A DNA stretch of 17,380 nt from an uncultured bacterium (GTDB lineage: Bacteria > Hydrogenedentota > Hydrogenedentia > Hydrogenedentales > JAEUWI01). The notes under the pieces were generated by a model. It had not been told where the DNA came from. It saw only the letters and a program-made list of their open reading frames with translations, and ran no database searches. A program made the position numbers and the translations under genes. The first letter of the stretch is position 1, and each line of letters opens with the position of its first letter. This document shows, piece after piece, positions 8,301 to 16,604 of the stretch. Location: contig CAXBPH010000143.1 in assembly GCA_963977445.1 (NCBI GenBank), positions 1-17,380 of the forward strand, written 5' to 3'.

Positions 8301-9980
8301 TCACTCAGACTCCTGGGAGTCTGACTCCTGGTTTTTTGGCTTCTTCAACCCATCCAATACGCCGGATGCATCGGAAAGTGCTTTCAAAACCGATTTTGGC
8401 GTTTCAATGGTGCCATCGGCCCGCGCTTTGCTTTTCGGGGTGGAGCGGGGCGTAATCACAATATTCTTGCTCGCACTGTTGTTGTCGCCACTGTTTCGTG
8501 GCGTACTGCCCAACGCGCTCATGGCCGCCGAAGCCGATGCAAGATTGGGGCCGCCCTCACTCCCGCGTGATGGCGCTTTTCGATAGGGTGCGGTGGTTCT
8601 GGAGCTTGTTTCGGGTGCCGGTGTAGCACGTTCTACTTTGCGTGCAATCGTCGGCTTTTTCAGGCCCGTTGTTTTTTTCGGCGCCGTGGCCTTCCTGGTC
8701 GCTGGCTTTTTCTTTCGGGCGGCCGGCTTCTTCTTCGCCGTCGGTTTGACCAGGGTTATCGCCGGGGAATCTACATCCAGGTCGTCGGCTGTTTCCAGAT
8801 CCGATTTGGACAGGTGAGCGTAGGAGCCCCCGGAAAGTATCGCTGCACGCTCTTTGTCCCCGAGGGGCGATTGATAGCCGGAGGCTACATCGGGCTCCAC
8901 AAAGGGCATACGCTCTTTAATCGGGTGGGTTTCCAACCAGCGGGCAATGGGGCCGAAGACTTCCCGGGCACCATCCTGGGAGAAGGCCAGGTCGCAATGA
9001 TTGTAGTCCTGCTTGAAACCCTTCTCTTTCGAACAAACGAGCATACGTTTGTCCGCCGTCGGCAGGGCGTCAAAGAATTCTTTGGCCTTACTCAAACTGA
9101 CAAAGGGGTCGAGGGGAGCGTAGAGTGCGAAGAGTGGGAGATCCAGCGAGGACAAGCCGTCGAGCACATTGAGGTTTCCATTATCCATTCGCCAGCCCGG
9201 GTGGGAAATCCAGCGGGAGAAGTCCTTCAAGACGCCGGGTAAGGGATCCTCAATCATGGAATAGAAATGGGCGCTGTTCATTGTCTTGGCGATATTACGC
9301 ATGTTGGTGGGAAAGAGTCCCGTGGAGATGCGAAAACAGCTGATGAAGGGAATGAAGCCCCGGATGAAGGAACCACTGAGCTTTGGATTAATGCCGGAGA
9401 GTTTGAAGAGGAAGGACGTGCGCGGCACGGCCATGCCCTCAAATCCGAGGGGTGATCCCAGGGTAACCCCACTGGCCAGCGCCTCCGTGCCGAACTTCAG
9501 CGCATAGGCGTAGAGCAGCATGCCACCCATGGAATGGCCAATATAGTGTATCCGGGCATAGCCCGTTTCCTGTTGGATGAGGCGTATGGCCGTCGGGATA
9601 TCGTCGTTCAGATAGTCGTCGGTGGTGACTTGGCCCGCGTGTCGTTCAAAGGGTGCAATCGACGAACGGGTGCCACGGAGATCGACGGTCCAACAGTCAT
9701 AGCCCCGTTCCACCAGGTAGTCGACCAGACTGATACCCGCCGGGCAGGTAAAGTTGAACTGATTGGAATTCGCCCCATGGACGAGTAGTACCGGTTGTCC
9801 GCCCGTTCGCCCCTTGCGGTAGCGGCACATACGGATTTTCCAGAGGTCCTGTGTCGTGACGAGAAAAACTTCGTTGGTCGACAGTTTTTCCGGAAAAATG
9901 GTATCGAGCATAGACCAATACAGAAGGACCAACAGGGCCAAGCCTATAACGACGGCCAAACCAATCAAAACAGGAATCAT
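8301..9980 (-). CDS. Membrane-anchored serine alpha/beta hydrolase (lipase/esterase-like) with Lys/Ala/Pro-rich C-terminal tail
   Basis: N-terminal TM helix, PVLLVHG, GYDCWTVDLRG, nucleophile elbow GHSMGG, LDPF (Asp), YNHCDL (His), then a low-complexity basic tail. SD GAGGAAGG upstream. Confidence 0.88.
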   Translation of the reverse strand: MIPVLIGLAVVIGLALLVLLYWSMLDTIFPEKLSTNEVFLVTTQDLWKIRMCRYRKGRTGGQPVLLVHGANSNQFNFTCPAGISLVDYLVERGYDCWTVDLRGTRSSIAPFERHAGQVTTDDYLNDDIPTAIRLIQQETGYARIHYIGHSMGGMLLYAYALKFGTEALASGVTLGSPLGFEGMAVPRTSFLFKLSGINPKLSGSFIRGFIPFISCFRISTGLFPTNMRNIAKTMNSAHFYSMIEDPLPGVLKDFSRWISHPGWRMDNGNLNVLDGLSSLDLPLFALYAPLDPFVSLSKAKEFFDALPTADKRMLVCSKEKGFKQDYNHCDLAFSQDGAREVFGPIARWLETHPIKERMPFVEPDVASGYQSPLGDKERAAILSGGSYAHLSKSDLETADDLDVDSPAITLVKPTAKKKPAARKKKPATRKATAPKKTTGLKKPTIARKVERATPAPETSSRTTAPYRKAPSRGSEGGPNLASASAAMSALGSTPRNSGDNNSASKNIVITPRSTPKSKARADGTIETPKSVLKALSDASGVLDGLKKPKNQESDSQESE

Positions 9981-10060
9981 GAACTACCTTCCTCGCCCCA
10001 AAAGCGTCACAAAGAAACAATGTCTATATCTGACTATCATACTCCATCCCAAGGCAGACT

Positions 10061-11971
10061 TCATTCCGAATCACCCGAGGGATGGAGATAATCGTATATT
10101 TCCTGCGCCAAGCCATGGCTGAAGCCCGGTACAGCGGCTATATCGGCTACCGATGCTTCACGAACCTTCGTCAGCGAACCCATCTGGGTCAGCAGGGTCT
10201 GCGCACGCTTGGGGCCCACGCCGGGAATTTCCACCAGCTTATTACTGATAGAAACTTTACCACGTTTCTTTCGATGATAGGTGATGGCGAAGCGGTGGGC
10301 CTCGTTACGAATGCGGGCGGCCAATTGGACGACGGGGCCATTTTGAGGCAGGATGATGGGGTTCATGCGCCCGGGAATGAAAAAGCGCTCTGGAGATCGA
10401 TCGCCCGCTTCCAGGGTCCGCGATTTGGCGATGCCCGCGTGGGGGATATCTTCGATACCCAGGTCTTTGAACACGGCGGTGGCCATGCCCAATTGACCCT
10501 TGCCTCCGTCTATCAATACAAAGTCGGGCAAATCATTCTCTTCGATGGCTCGGGTATAACGACGGAGCAGCACTTCGCGCATGCTGGCAAAGTCGTCCTG
10601 CCCATCGACAGTCTTCATGGCGTAGCGGCGATAGCGTGCCTTGTCGGGTTGCCCATCCGTAAATACGACCATGGAGGCCACCGTGGCCGTGCCCTGTATG
10701 GTCGAGATATCGAAACACTCGATCCGCTTCGGCAGGGTAGGGAGCTGCAAGGCGGTTTTCATGGTGGACAAGGTATCCTTATCCGCCGCCTCGGAAAGGC
10801 GCTTTTCGTGAAAACGTTGCTCGGCATTGCGGTTGGCCATATCGACCAGGGCCGTTTTTTCACCCCGCTGGGGCCAGTGGACCGTCACTTTGGAGCCGCG
10901 CTGCTCAGAAAGTATTTCGCTGAGGGTGTCGCCGCTCTCGAAGGCAAGGGGGATCAACACCTCCGTAGGGATCGTGGGGGCCTCGCTGTAGTATTGCAAA
11001 ACGAAAGAACTCAGCAGGTCATCGAGGGGCATCTCCTGGCGCTTGAAGAAGACGTTTCGCCCCCCCAGCATTTTACCGCCCCGATAGAAAAGAATCTGTA
11101 TGGCGGCGAAATTGCCCTCGTGGTAAATGCCAAATACATCGCGATCTTCCGCCCCGGGAACGTCGACGGTTCGCTGTCGTTCCAGGGTGCGCCGGAGATC
11201 AAAGAGCCGGTCACGGACGGAAGCCGCCTTTTCAAAATCCATGGCCGCCGCATGGGTTTCCATTTCGCCCAGCAGCTGCTCCTCCAGGGCGGCACTTTTT
11301 CCCTCCAGAATGAGAAGTACCTGATTGACGACTTCGTGGTATTGATCCCGGCTCACATAATCCACACAGGGGGCATTGCACTGCTTCATCTGGTAGTAGA
11401 GGCAGGGCCGACTGCGGTTCTTCATCACATGGTCGGTGCAGGTCCGCAAGGGAAAAAGATGCTGCAATTGTCGCAGGGTATGGCGCACGGAAGAGGCACT
11501 ATGATAGGGCCCGAAGTACCGCGCACCATCCTTCCGGTAGCGACGGACAACGGTGATCCGGGGGAAATCCTGTCGGGTATCGATGCGCAGACTGATGTAG
11601 GTCTTGTCGTCTTTCAGCTGGACGTTGTAGCGGGGACGATGCTGTTTGATCAGACTGTTTTCGAGAAGGAGGGCCTCTTTTTCATTGGCCGTGACCAGAA
11701 ACTGAATGCGCGACACCCGACGCATGAGAAATTTTACGCTGTAGCGGGAATCACTGGCGTTGATATAGGAGCGAATCCGAGAGCGGAGACTCTTGGCCTT
11801 GCCCACGTAGATGGGTTTTCCCTTGCCATCTTCCATGATATAACAGCCCGGCTCCGTGGGAACCGTAGCGATATCGAACCGGGCGACGAATTCCTCCGCA
11901 TTGGCGGCCGGCGTATCCGCAGTCAGGGCGATGGCGGCGATCGATTGTACGGGATTGGGTGGGCTCTGCAT
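10061..11971 (-). CDS. uvrC: Excinuclease ABC subunit C
   Basis: PGCYIM..IYVGKAKSLRSRIRSY (GIY-YIG), EALLLENSLIK..PRYN, YFGPY, C..RPCLYYQMKQC, UVR domain FEKAA..RD, RIECFDIS, IDGGKGQL, RNEAHRFAI, and HhH IPGVGPKR. Confidence 0.98.
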   Translation of the reverse strand: MQSPPNPVQSIAAIALTADTPAANAEEFVARFDIATVPTEPGCYIMEDGKGKPIYVGKAKSLRSRIRSYINASDSRYSVKFLMRRVSRIQFLVTANEKEALLLENSLIKQHRPRYNVQLKDDKTYISLRIDTRQDFPRITVVRRYRKDGARYFGPYHSASSVRHTLRQLQHLFPLRTCTDHVMKNRSRPCLYYQMKQCNAPCVDYVSRDQYHEVVNQVLLILEGKSAALEEQLLGEMETHAAAMDFEKAASVRDRLFDLRRTLERQRTVDVPGAEDRDVFGIYHEGNFAAIQILFYRGGKMLGGRNVFFKRQEMPLDDLLSSFVLQYYSEAPTIPTEVLIPLAFESGDTLSEILSEQRGSKVTVHWPQRGEKTALVDMANRNAEQRFHEKRLSEAADKDTLSTMKTALQLPTLPKRIECFDISTIQGTATVASMVVFTDGQPDKARYRRYAMKTVDGQDDFASMREVLLRRYTRAIEENDLPDFVLIDGGKGQLGMATAVFKDLGIEDIPHAGIAKSRTLEAGDRSPERFFIPGRMNPIILPQNGPVVQLAARIRNEAHRFAITYHRKKRGKVSISNKLVEIPGVGPKRAQTLLTQMGSLTKVREASVADIAAVPGFSHGLAQEIYDYLHPSGDSE

Positions 11972-11977
11972 GCCTAT

Positions 11978-11988
11978 AGAATATCATA
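11978..11988 (-). promoter_or_regulatory. Extended -10 element immediately upstream of uvrC
   Basis: Minus strand reads TGA-TATTCT-ATAGGC-ATG. An overlapping TATGAT (11988-11983) is an alternative -10. No clear SD. Confidence 0.5.
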
Positions 11989-12014
11989 TGAAATAGGGCC
12001 AGAGCGCGGCTACA

Positions 12015-12023
12015 TGGTATACT
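12015..12023 (+). promoter_or_regulatory. Extended -10 element for the membrane protein gene, divergent from uvrC
   Basis: TG-G-TATACT at 12015-12023, about 80 nt upstream of ATG 12104. Confidence 0.5.
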
Positions 12024-12103
12024 TCCCATGTCAGCGATGGTGCACTTCTCAGGGCTCCGTTCGTCGCGTGTGGCAGCAGCAGTTTATGACACGAAGGACG
12101 CCC

Positions 12104-12847
12104 ATGACCCAGAAGTTTACTGTGCCCGATCGGGTGTTGGGAGCGCCTTCCCTTTTGGCCTTGCGGCGAATACGCCTGCTGGGACATTTGTGTCTGGCAT
12201 CGTCCATTATTGTGTTTCTCGGGGCGGCCCTGTTTATCGGAGAGCCCTATGGGCGCGTGGGCAGGCTTATTGTGGCCCATATCCTGGGGGGCCGGGCGGC
12301 CAATGCCACCGTTGGACTCAGCAGCGGCTTTGATCCCTGGTTTATCCTGTTCCAAGCCTGCATGCAGGATTTTATCATCATGTTCTACGCCTTTCCGCTA
12401 CTTGTTACCGGATTGAGCGCTGCCGAGCGTTGGCCGCTCATCGGGCCCGCATTTTCAGGGATTCACGCCCTGGCCGAGCGCCACAAGGCGCGCCTGGCCC
12501 CCTACGGTGTTCTTGGACTTATGCTTTTCGTTGTATTTCCATTCTGGAGCACGGGGCCCCTTGTGGGCGTCCTGGTCGGATATCTGCTGGGACTTCGCAT
12601 GGCATTTTCATTCTCCGCCGTCATGGTGGGCAATGTAATCGCCATGGCCCTATGGATTTGGGCCTTTGATTTTCTGAATGAAAAACTGAGTGCCGTCGAC
12701 GAAAACCTGCCCTGGATCTTCGCCGGTGCGATTATTGTCGCCAGTATTCTGGGGGCCCTCTGGCACCGCTGGCAAAAGCGTGGGAAATCAGTCGCTCTCC
12801 CTTCCGACGGCGATGAAAAGAAGCCCGGGGTGCCTTTGCCGGAGTAG
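12104..12847 (+). CDS. Small multidrug export protein family (Sm_multidrug_ex-like) membrane protein
   Basis: The real 3' part of the 921-aa track ORF. ATG 12104 follows AAGGA (12094-12098). Several TM helices, with the motif YGVLGLMLFVVFPFWSTGPLVGVLVGYLLGL. Confidence 0.8.
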   Translation: MTQKFTVPDRVLGAPSLLALRRIRLLGHLCLASSIIVFLGAALFIGEPYGRVGRLIVAHILGGRAANATVGLSSGFDPWFILFQACMQDFIIMFYAFPLLVTGLSAAERWPLIGPAFSGIHALAERHKARLAPYGVLGLMLFVVFPFWSTGPLVGVLVGYLLGLRMAFSFSAVMVGNVIAMALWIWAFDFLNEKLSAVDENLPWIFAGAIIVASILGALWHRWQKRGKSVALPSDGDEKKPGVPLPE

Positions 12848-12895
12848 GCGGGCTATTCTTGCGTGTGATTCCAACAAACAGTTGCGCACGCAGAC

Positions 12896-12924
12896 TTGAT
12901 TGGCATGGAGCCGCGCGGTAGGAT
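12896..12924 (+). promoter_or_regulatory. Sigma70 promoter of nnrD-thiL, probably leaderless
   Basis: TTGATT (12896-12901), 17 nt, TAGGAT (12919-12924), 6 nt, ATG (12931). Confidence 0.65.
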
Positions 12925-12930
12925 TCGCTT

Positions 12931-13812
12931 ATGGTCCAGAAAATCACCCTACAGACTGCCGCACCCTTACTCCCTCCTCGACCTGATGATGGGCACAAGG
13001 GTACCTTCGGCCACGTTTTCCTCCTCGCCGGGTCGCGGCACTATCCCGGCGCCATGCGTCTGGCCTGTGAAGGAGCCAGTCGCTCCGGTGTCGGGCTGGT
13101 CACCGCAGGCATCCCCCAGACGCTCGTAGGCGTCGCCGCAATCACGTTGATGGAGTGCATGGGCCTGGGTCTTCCCGATACCCCAAACGGGACGTTGGGG
13201 AGGGACGCCATCGAGCCCGCCCTGGAATTCGCTCGTGACAAGAAAAGTGTCGTCCTGGGACCTGGTCTCTCGATGGACGATGAAACGGTAGACTTTGTGG
13301 CGTCCTGTGTGCCGAGAATTGAAGCGCCGCTGGTAATTGATGCGGACGGCCTGAATCTGGTGGCAAAGAATGTGCTGTGCCTTATTCCCCGTCAACCGGC
13401 CACCACGATTATCACGCCCCATCCTGGCGAGATGGCCCGTCTGCTCGGCATTAGCACGGGGGAGGTGCAGGCGCGTCGAGTGGAAGTGGCATCGTCATTT
13501 GCGACGACCCATCGGGTGGTGGTGGTGCTGAAAGGCTTCGAGACAATCGTTGCCCACCCCGATGGCAGAATCGCCATCAACACGACGGGCAATAATGGAA
13601 TGGCTACGGGCGGGACGGGCGATATCCTCGCGGGCCTGCTTGGCGGCTTGTTGGCTCAGGGGATTTCTACCTGGGACGCCGCCTGTCTTGGTGTGTGGCT
13701 CCATGGGTACGCCGGTGACTGCGCCGCCCGCAAATTTACAGCACGGGCCATGATTGCCCGAGATGTGATCGCGTGTATATCCGACGCCTTCGCGGCATTG
13801 GAGGCCGAATGA
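12931..13812 (+). CDS. nnrD: ADP-dependent NAD(P)H-hydrate dehydratase (stand-alone YjeF C-terminal domain)
   Basis: HKGTFGHV, GSRHYPGA, GVGLV, LGPGL, VIDADGLN, ITPHPGEMARL, VLKG, MATGGTGDILAG, GVWLHG. Confidence 0.95.
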   Translation: MVQKITLQTAAPLLPPRPDDGHKGTFGHVFLLAGSRHYPGAMRLACEGASRSGVGLVTAGIPQTLVGVAAITLMECMGLGLPDTPNGTLGRDAIEPALEFARDKKSVVLGPGLSMDDETVDFVASCVPRIEAPLVIDADGLNLVAKNVLCLIPRQPATTIITPHPGEMARLLGISTGEVQARRVEVASSFATTHRVVVVLKGFETIVAHPDGRIAINTTGNNGMATGGTGDILAGLLGGLLAQGISTWDAACLGVWLHGYAGDCAARKFTARAMIARDVIACISDAFAALEAE

Positions 13813-14804
13813 GCGGACAAGAAGGTTTGGGGGGACTGGGGGAGTTTGGTCTTATCCAGGCGCTGACGGGCTCCTTAAAGGGGCGTGGTGACGTGCCGCT
13901 GGGCGTTGGTGACGACTGCGCCATACTCGACGTTGCCGGGAAACAACTCTTGCTCACCAGCGACGCCTCGCTGGAGGATGTACACTTTAAGCGCAGCTGG
14001 GGCCAACCGGCGGAACTGGGCTGGAAGAGTGCTGTTTCGGCCTTAAGCGACATTGCCGCAATGGGTGGCCGTCCTATGGTGGTGTTGGTGACCCTTGCGT
14101 TACCGGATGATATCTCCGTGGACTGGGTGAAAGAGTTTTACTGCGGTCTCACAGACGCCGTTGAATGCGCAGGCGCGACTATCGTTGGCGGTGATACAAC
14201 GGCATCGTCATCGGGTATCGTCGTCGATCTTACGGTGATTGGCGAGGTCGTGGGGAGGCCGGTGCTGCGCAGTGGTGCCTGCCCGGGAGACGTCGTCGCA
14301 ATGACCGGGGCTATTGGCGAGCGGGGTGCCGGGCTCCATGCCTTGCTCGCGGGTATAGATGCCCCTGAATTTGTTGGTGCCTATCTGCATCCCGAGCCGC
14401 GTATTGCTGCAGGCCAATGGCTTCAGGGGAGGTCGGGGGTGCACGCTATGATGGACGTATCGGACGGATTATTGCCCGATGCGCGTCATATTGCGTCGGC
14501 GAGTGGGGTAGGGGTGGCGTTGTGGCGCGACCGACTGCCGATTCATCGGGGCCTGGAGGCCTACTGGACAGCCCACGGAGAAGATTGCGTCCATCAGCGC
14601 CTCCAGAGCGGGGAGGAATATGAGCTACTCGTGGTATTGGATGCCGAAGAGTCCGTCGCACTGTGTTCTGATTTTTTCGCAGAAACGGGACTGCCACTCC
14701 ACGTGCTGGGCCATTGCGTAGACGGGCCCCCAATCATCACGCTGGATGGTGAGCCGTTGGCGCGAGCCGGTTTCGAACATTTCCGGGACACCCCCTCGGA
14801 ATAA
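13809..14804 (+). CDS. thiL: Thiamine-monophosphate kinase
   Basis: ATG 13809 overlaps the nnrD stop (ATGA). Motifs GEFGLI, GVGDDCA, DVHF, SDIAAMGG, IVGGDT, MMDVSDGL, SGEEYELL. Confidence 0.95.
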   Translation: MSGQEGLGGLGEFGLIQALTGSLKGRGDVPLGVGDDCAILDVAGKQLLLTSDASLEDVHFKRSWGQPAELGWKSAVSALSDIAAMGGRPMVVLVTLALPDDISVDWVKEFYCGLTDAVECAGATIVGGDTTASSSGIVVDLTVIGEVVGRPVLRSGACPGDVVAMTGAIGERGAGLHALLAGIDAPEFVGAYLHPEPRIAAGQWLQGRSGVHAMMDVSDGLLPDARHIASASGVGVALWRDRLPIHRGLEAYWTAHGEDCVHQRLQSGEEYELLVVLDAEESVALCSDFFAETGLPLHVLGHCVDGPPIITLDGEPLARAGFEHFRDTPSE

Positions 14805-14840
14805 GGGGTGCGATAACGTACTGGGTGTAACAGGGGCGTC

Positions 14841-15419
14841 CTATCCGAAGTAGTCGGGGGCGTTGCCTGGCTTCCACTTGATATTGCAGCCCATGCTCGC
14901 TTTCTGCTCCGCCGGTGCCGGCTCGCCAGCGAGTAGCCGATCGAGGGCGTTTCGGAGGTCATTGCCTGTAACTTCAACCCCATTCCCCGGCCGGGCATCA
15001 TCAAACTGGCCCCGATAGTAAAGTTGCCGATTGCCGTCGAAGAGAAAAAAATCCGGGGTGCAGGCGGCGTGGTAGGCCTTCGCGACACCCTGCGATTCGT
15101 CGTAAAGATAGGGGAAGGTATACCCGTAGGTCATGATTTCATCCATCATTTTATCGGGGCTGTCGTCGGGGTAGTTTTCCACGTCATTGGAATTTATAGC
15201 GACCACACTGATGCACTCTCCCTGGTAGGTCTTTCCCACGCGGGCGAGCGCCTCCCGCAAAAGCTGCACATAGGGGCAGTGGTTCGATAGAAACATGATA
15301 AGCAGTCCCCGCTCTTCATTGAAGTCGGAAAAATGCATCGTTTTACCCGTGGCATCGGGCAGCGCAAATACGGGGGCCGGTGTGCCCAGGGGAAGCATGG
15401 TAGAAGCGGTTCGCACCAT
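14841..15419 (-). CDS. Thioredoxin-fold AhpC/TSA-type redoxin protein
   Basis: LGTPAPVFALPD, NHCPYV, INSND..YPDDSP, FPYLYDESQ, AACTPDFFLFD, YRGQFDD, SMGCNIKWK. SD AAGGA upstream. Confidence 0.93.
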   Translation of the reverse strand: MVRTASTMLPLGTPAPVFALPDATGKTMHFSDFNEERGLLIMFLSNHCPYVQLLREALARVGKTYQGECISVVAINSNDVENYPDDSPDKMMDEIMTYGYTFPYLYDESQGVAKAYHAACTPDFFLFDGNRQLYYRGQFDDARPGNGVEVTGNDLRNALDRLLAGEPAPAEQKASMGCNIKWKPGNAPDYFG

Positions 15420-15497
15420 AAAGCGGAGTCCTTTACAGGTCCAGTGTGTTTTCGGTGATGGTTGTGGAAGTCGATTTCGACGATTTTTGATTGCCCT

Positions 15498-15526
15498 ATT
15501 CTACGACACGAAACGCCCCACGGCAA
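15498..15526 (-). promoter_or_regulatory. Sigma70-like promoter for the redoxin gene
   Basis: Minus strand TTGCCG (15526-15521), 17 nt, TAGAAT (15503-15498). Confidence 0.6.
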
Positions 15527-15549
15527 CATGGCATGCCGTGGGGCGTTTC
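15510..15549 (-). terminator. Strong hairpin, probable intrinsic terminator of the lipoprotein gene
   Basis: Perfect 16-bp inverted repeat GAAACGCCCCACGGCA / TGCCGTGGGGCGTTTC with an 8-nt loop, starting 36 nt after the stop at 15586. It ends in TTTCGTGT on the minus strand. Confidence 0.7.
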
Positions 15550-15585
15550 TGCGGAACAGGTGCATGAGCACCAGGAGAAACCGGT

Positions 15586-16548
15586 CTAGCGGGCGGCGGT
15601 CGTCCGCGGCTGGTAGGATTTACTACCATAGGCCGCGTTGTAGGCATTCACCCGGTCGAGCCATGAACTCTCAAGACTCAATTTCCAATCACTGCGTGGC
15701 GTGTCCGTCGGGGTCACCGAGAGATTCGTCTGGGCTGTTTCTGTCAGCGTCCGATAGCTTAGCGCGGGCACATCCGCCTGCTTAGTCGTGTTCTTGCCAC
15801 GTATGGCGGGGAGACTCGTCCGACCTTTGCGTTCGCTGCGTCGTGCTTTGCTCTTGACGAGGTTGGCGGGATCGGTGCCATACTCGTAGAGATAGACGGG
15901 ACCATAGACGCCGGTTCCGAGATCAACCTCTGCGAGATAGACATCGTTCGCATTGCCAATCTCATCGGTGCCCTGATAGAAGAGCAGAGCGTCGAGCCAG
16001 TCAAAATTCAGGCCAGAGACATAATCCAGGGCACCGAGAATACGACCTTCCGAGAAGCCATCGTTGTACCCATCTGTGAATCCGCCGTCGAGCCATTCCA
16101 CGTGCTGATCCGCCAGGAGGAATGACTTCCAGTTTGGATTGAACGCGATGTCATAGCCTTCGCTGAAGCCGATGGTAAAGGCGTAGTCGTAGTCCACGAA
16201 GTAGCCATCGTTGTAGGCATACCAGAGACCATCATAGTAGCCCGCGTCGTAGGGCGGGTCTTCGACCAGGGGAATCTCACTACCGGTGTAGTAGATAGTC
16301 CCGCCATCAACCGTGTCATAGCTGTCGTCGAATCCCTGCCAGTATTCACTGTCCTGGGCGAAGCCCACGACGAATCCGGCATCGTATTCGATTTGATAGG
16401 TATTGACATTCCCGCCGCCGCCACCACCGGTGCCTGTGCCTGTGCCTGTGCCTGGATAGTAAGCGGGACAACCGGCAAGCAGGAGTGCCACAGGAACAAG
16501 CGCGACCTGGAGGCGACGACGTTTTAGAATTTGCAAGAGGTTTTTCAT
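15586..16548 (-). CDS. Hypothetical lipoprotein with (Y/F)xxG repeats
   Basis: Basic N-region, hydrophobic H-region and lipobox LAGC (Cys27). A GT/G linker is followed by a Tyr/Asp/Gly-rich periodic region. SD AAGGA upstream. Confidence 0.8.
   Translation of the reverse strand: MKNLLQILKRRRLQVALVPVALLLAGCPAYYPGTGTGTGTGGGGGGNVNTYQIEYDAGFVVGFAQDSEYWQGFDDSYDTVDGGTIYYTGSEIPLVEDPPYDAGYYDGLWYAYNDGYFVDYDYAFTIGFSEGYDIAFNPNWKSFLLADQHVEWLDGGFTDGYNDGFSEGRILGALDYVSGLNFDWLDALLFYQGTDEIGNANDVYLAEVDLGTGVYGPVYLYEYGTDPANLVKSKARRSERKGRTSLPAIRGKNTTKQADVPALSYRTLTETAQTNLSVTPTDTPRSDWKLSLESSWLDRVNAYNAAYGSKSYQPRTTAAR
16430..16453. repeat. In-frame hexamer microsatellite (GTGCCT x4) encoding the Gly-Thr linker
   Basis: Four exact copies at 16430, 16436, 16442 and 16448, next to a CCG/CCA run encoding poly-Gly. 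Confidence 0.9.
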
Positions 16549-16604
16549 GGCATTAGTTCCTTATCGGTTTGATTACCATCGAATCCGTTCGAAGGTCCCA
16601 TTTT

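Noticed and set aside
8301..9980. Calling the hydrolase a PHA synthase (phaC)
   Set aside because: The nucleophile motif is GHSMGG (Ser) rather than the Cys lipase box, and no pha genes are nearby.
10082..12103. 5' portion of the 921-aa plus-strand ORF, antisense to uvrC
   Set aside because: It is codon-aligned with uvrC, so a stop would need TTA, CTA or TCA codons in uvrC, which are rare in GC-rich genes. The translation has no recognisable motif. The real gene starts at 12104 with its own SD and promoter.
12848..12930. Possible TPP riboswitch before nnrD-thiL
   Set aside because: No GCTGAGA/CTGAT core is present, and the promoter position leaves no leader.
453..15419. A damage-repair island (DUF89, uvrC, nnrD, redoxin)
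   Set aside because: The genes are on mixed strands with separate promoters and unrelated genes between them, and I saw no shared motif. It is most simply ordinary housekeeping neighbourhood.
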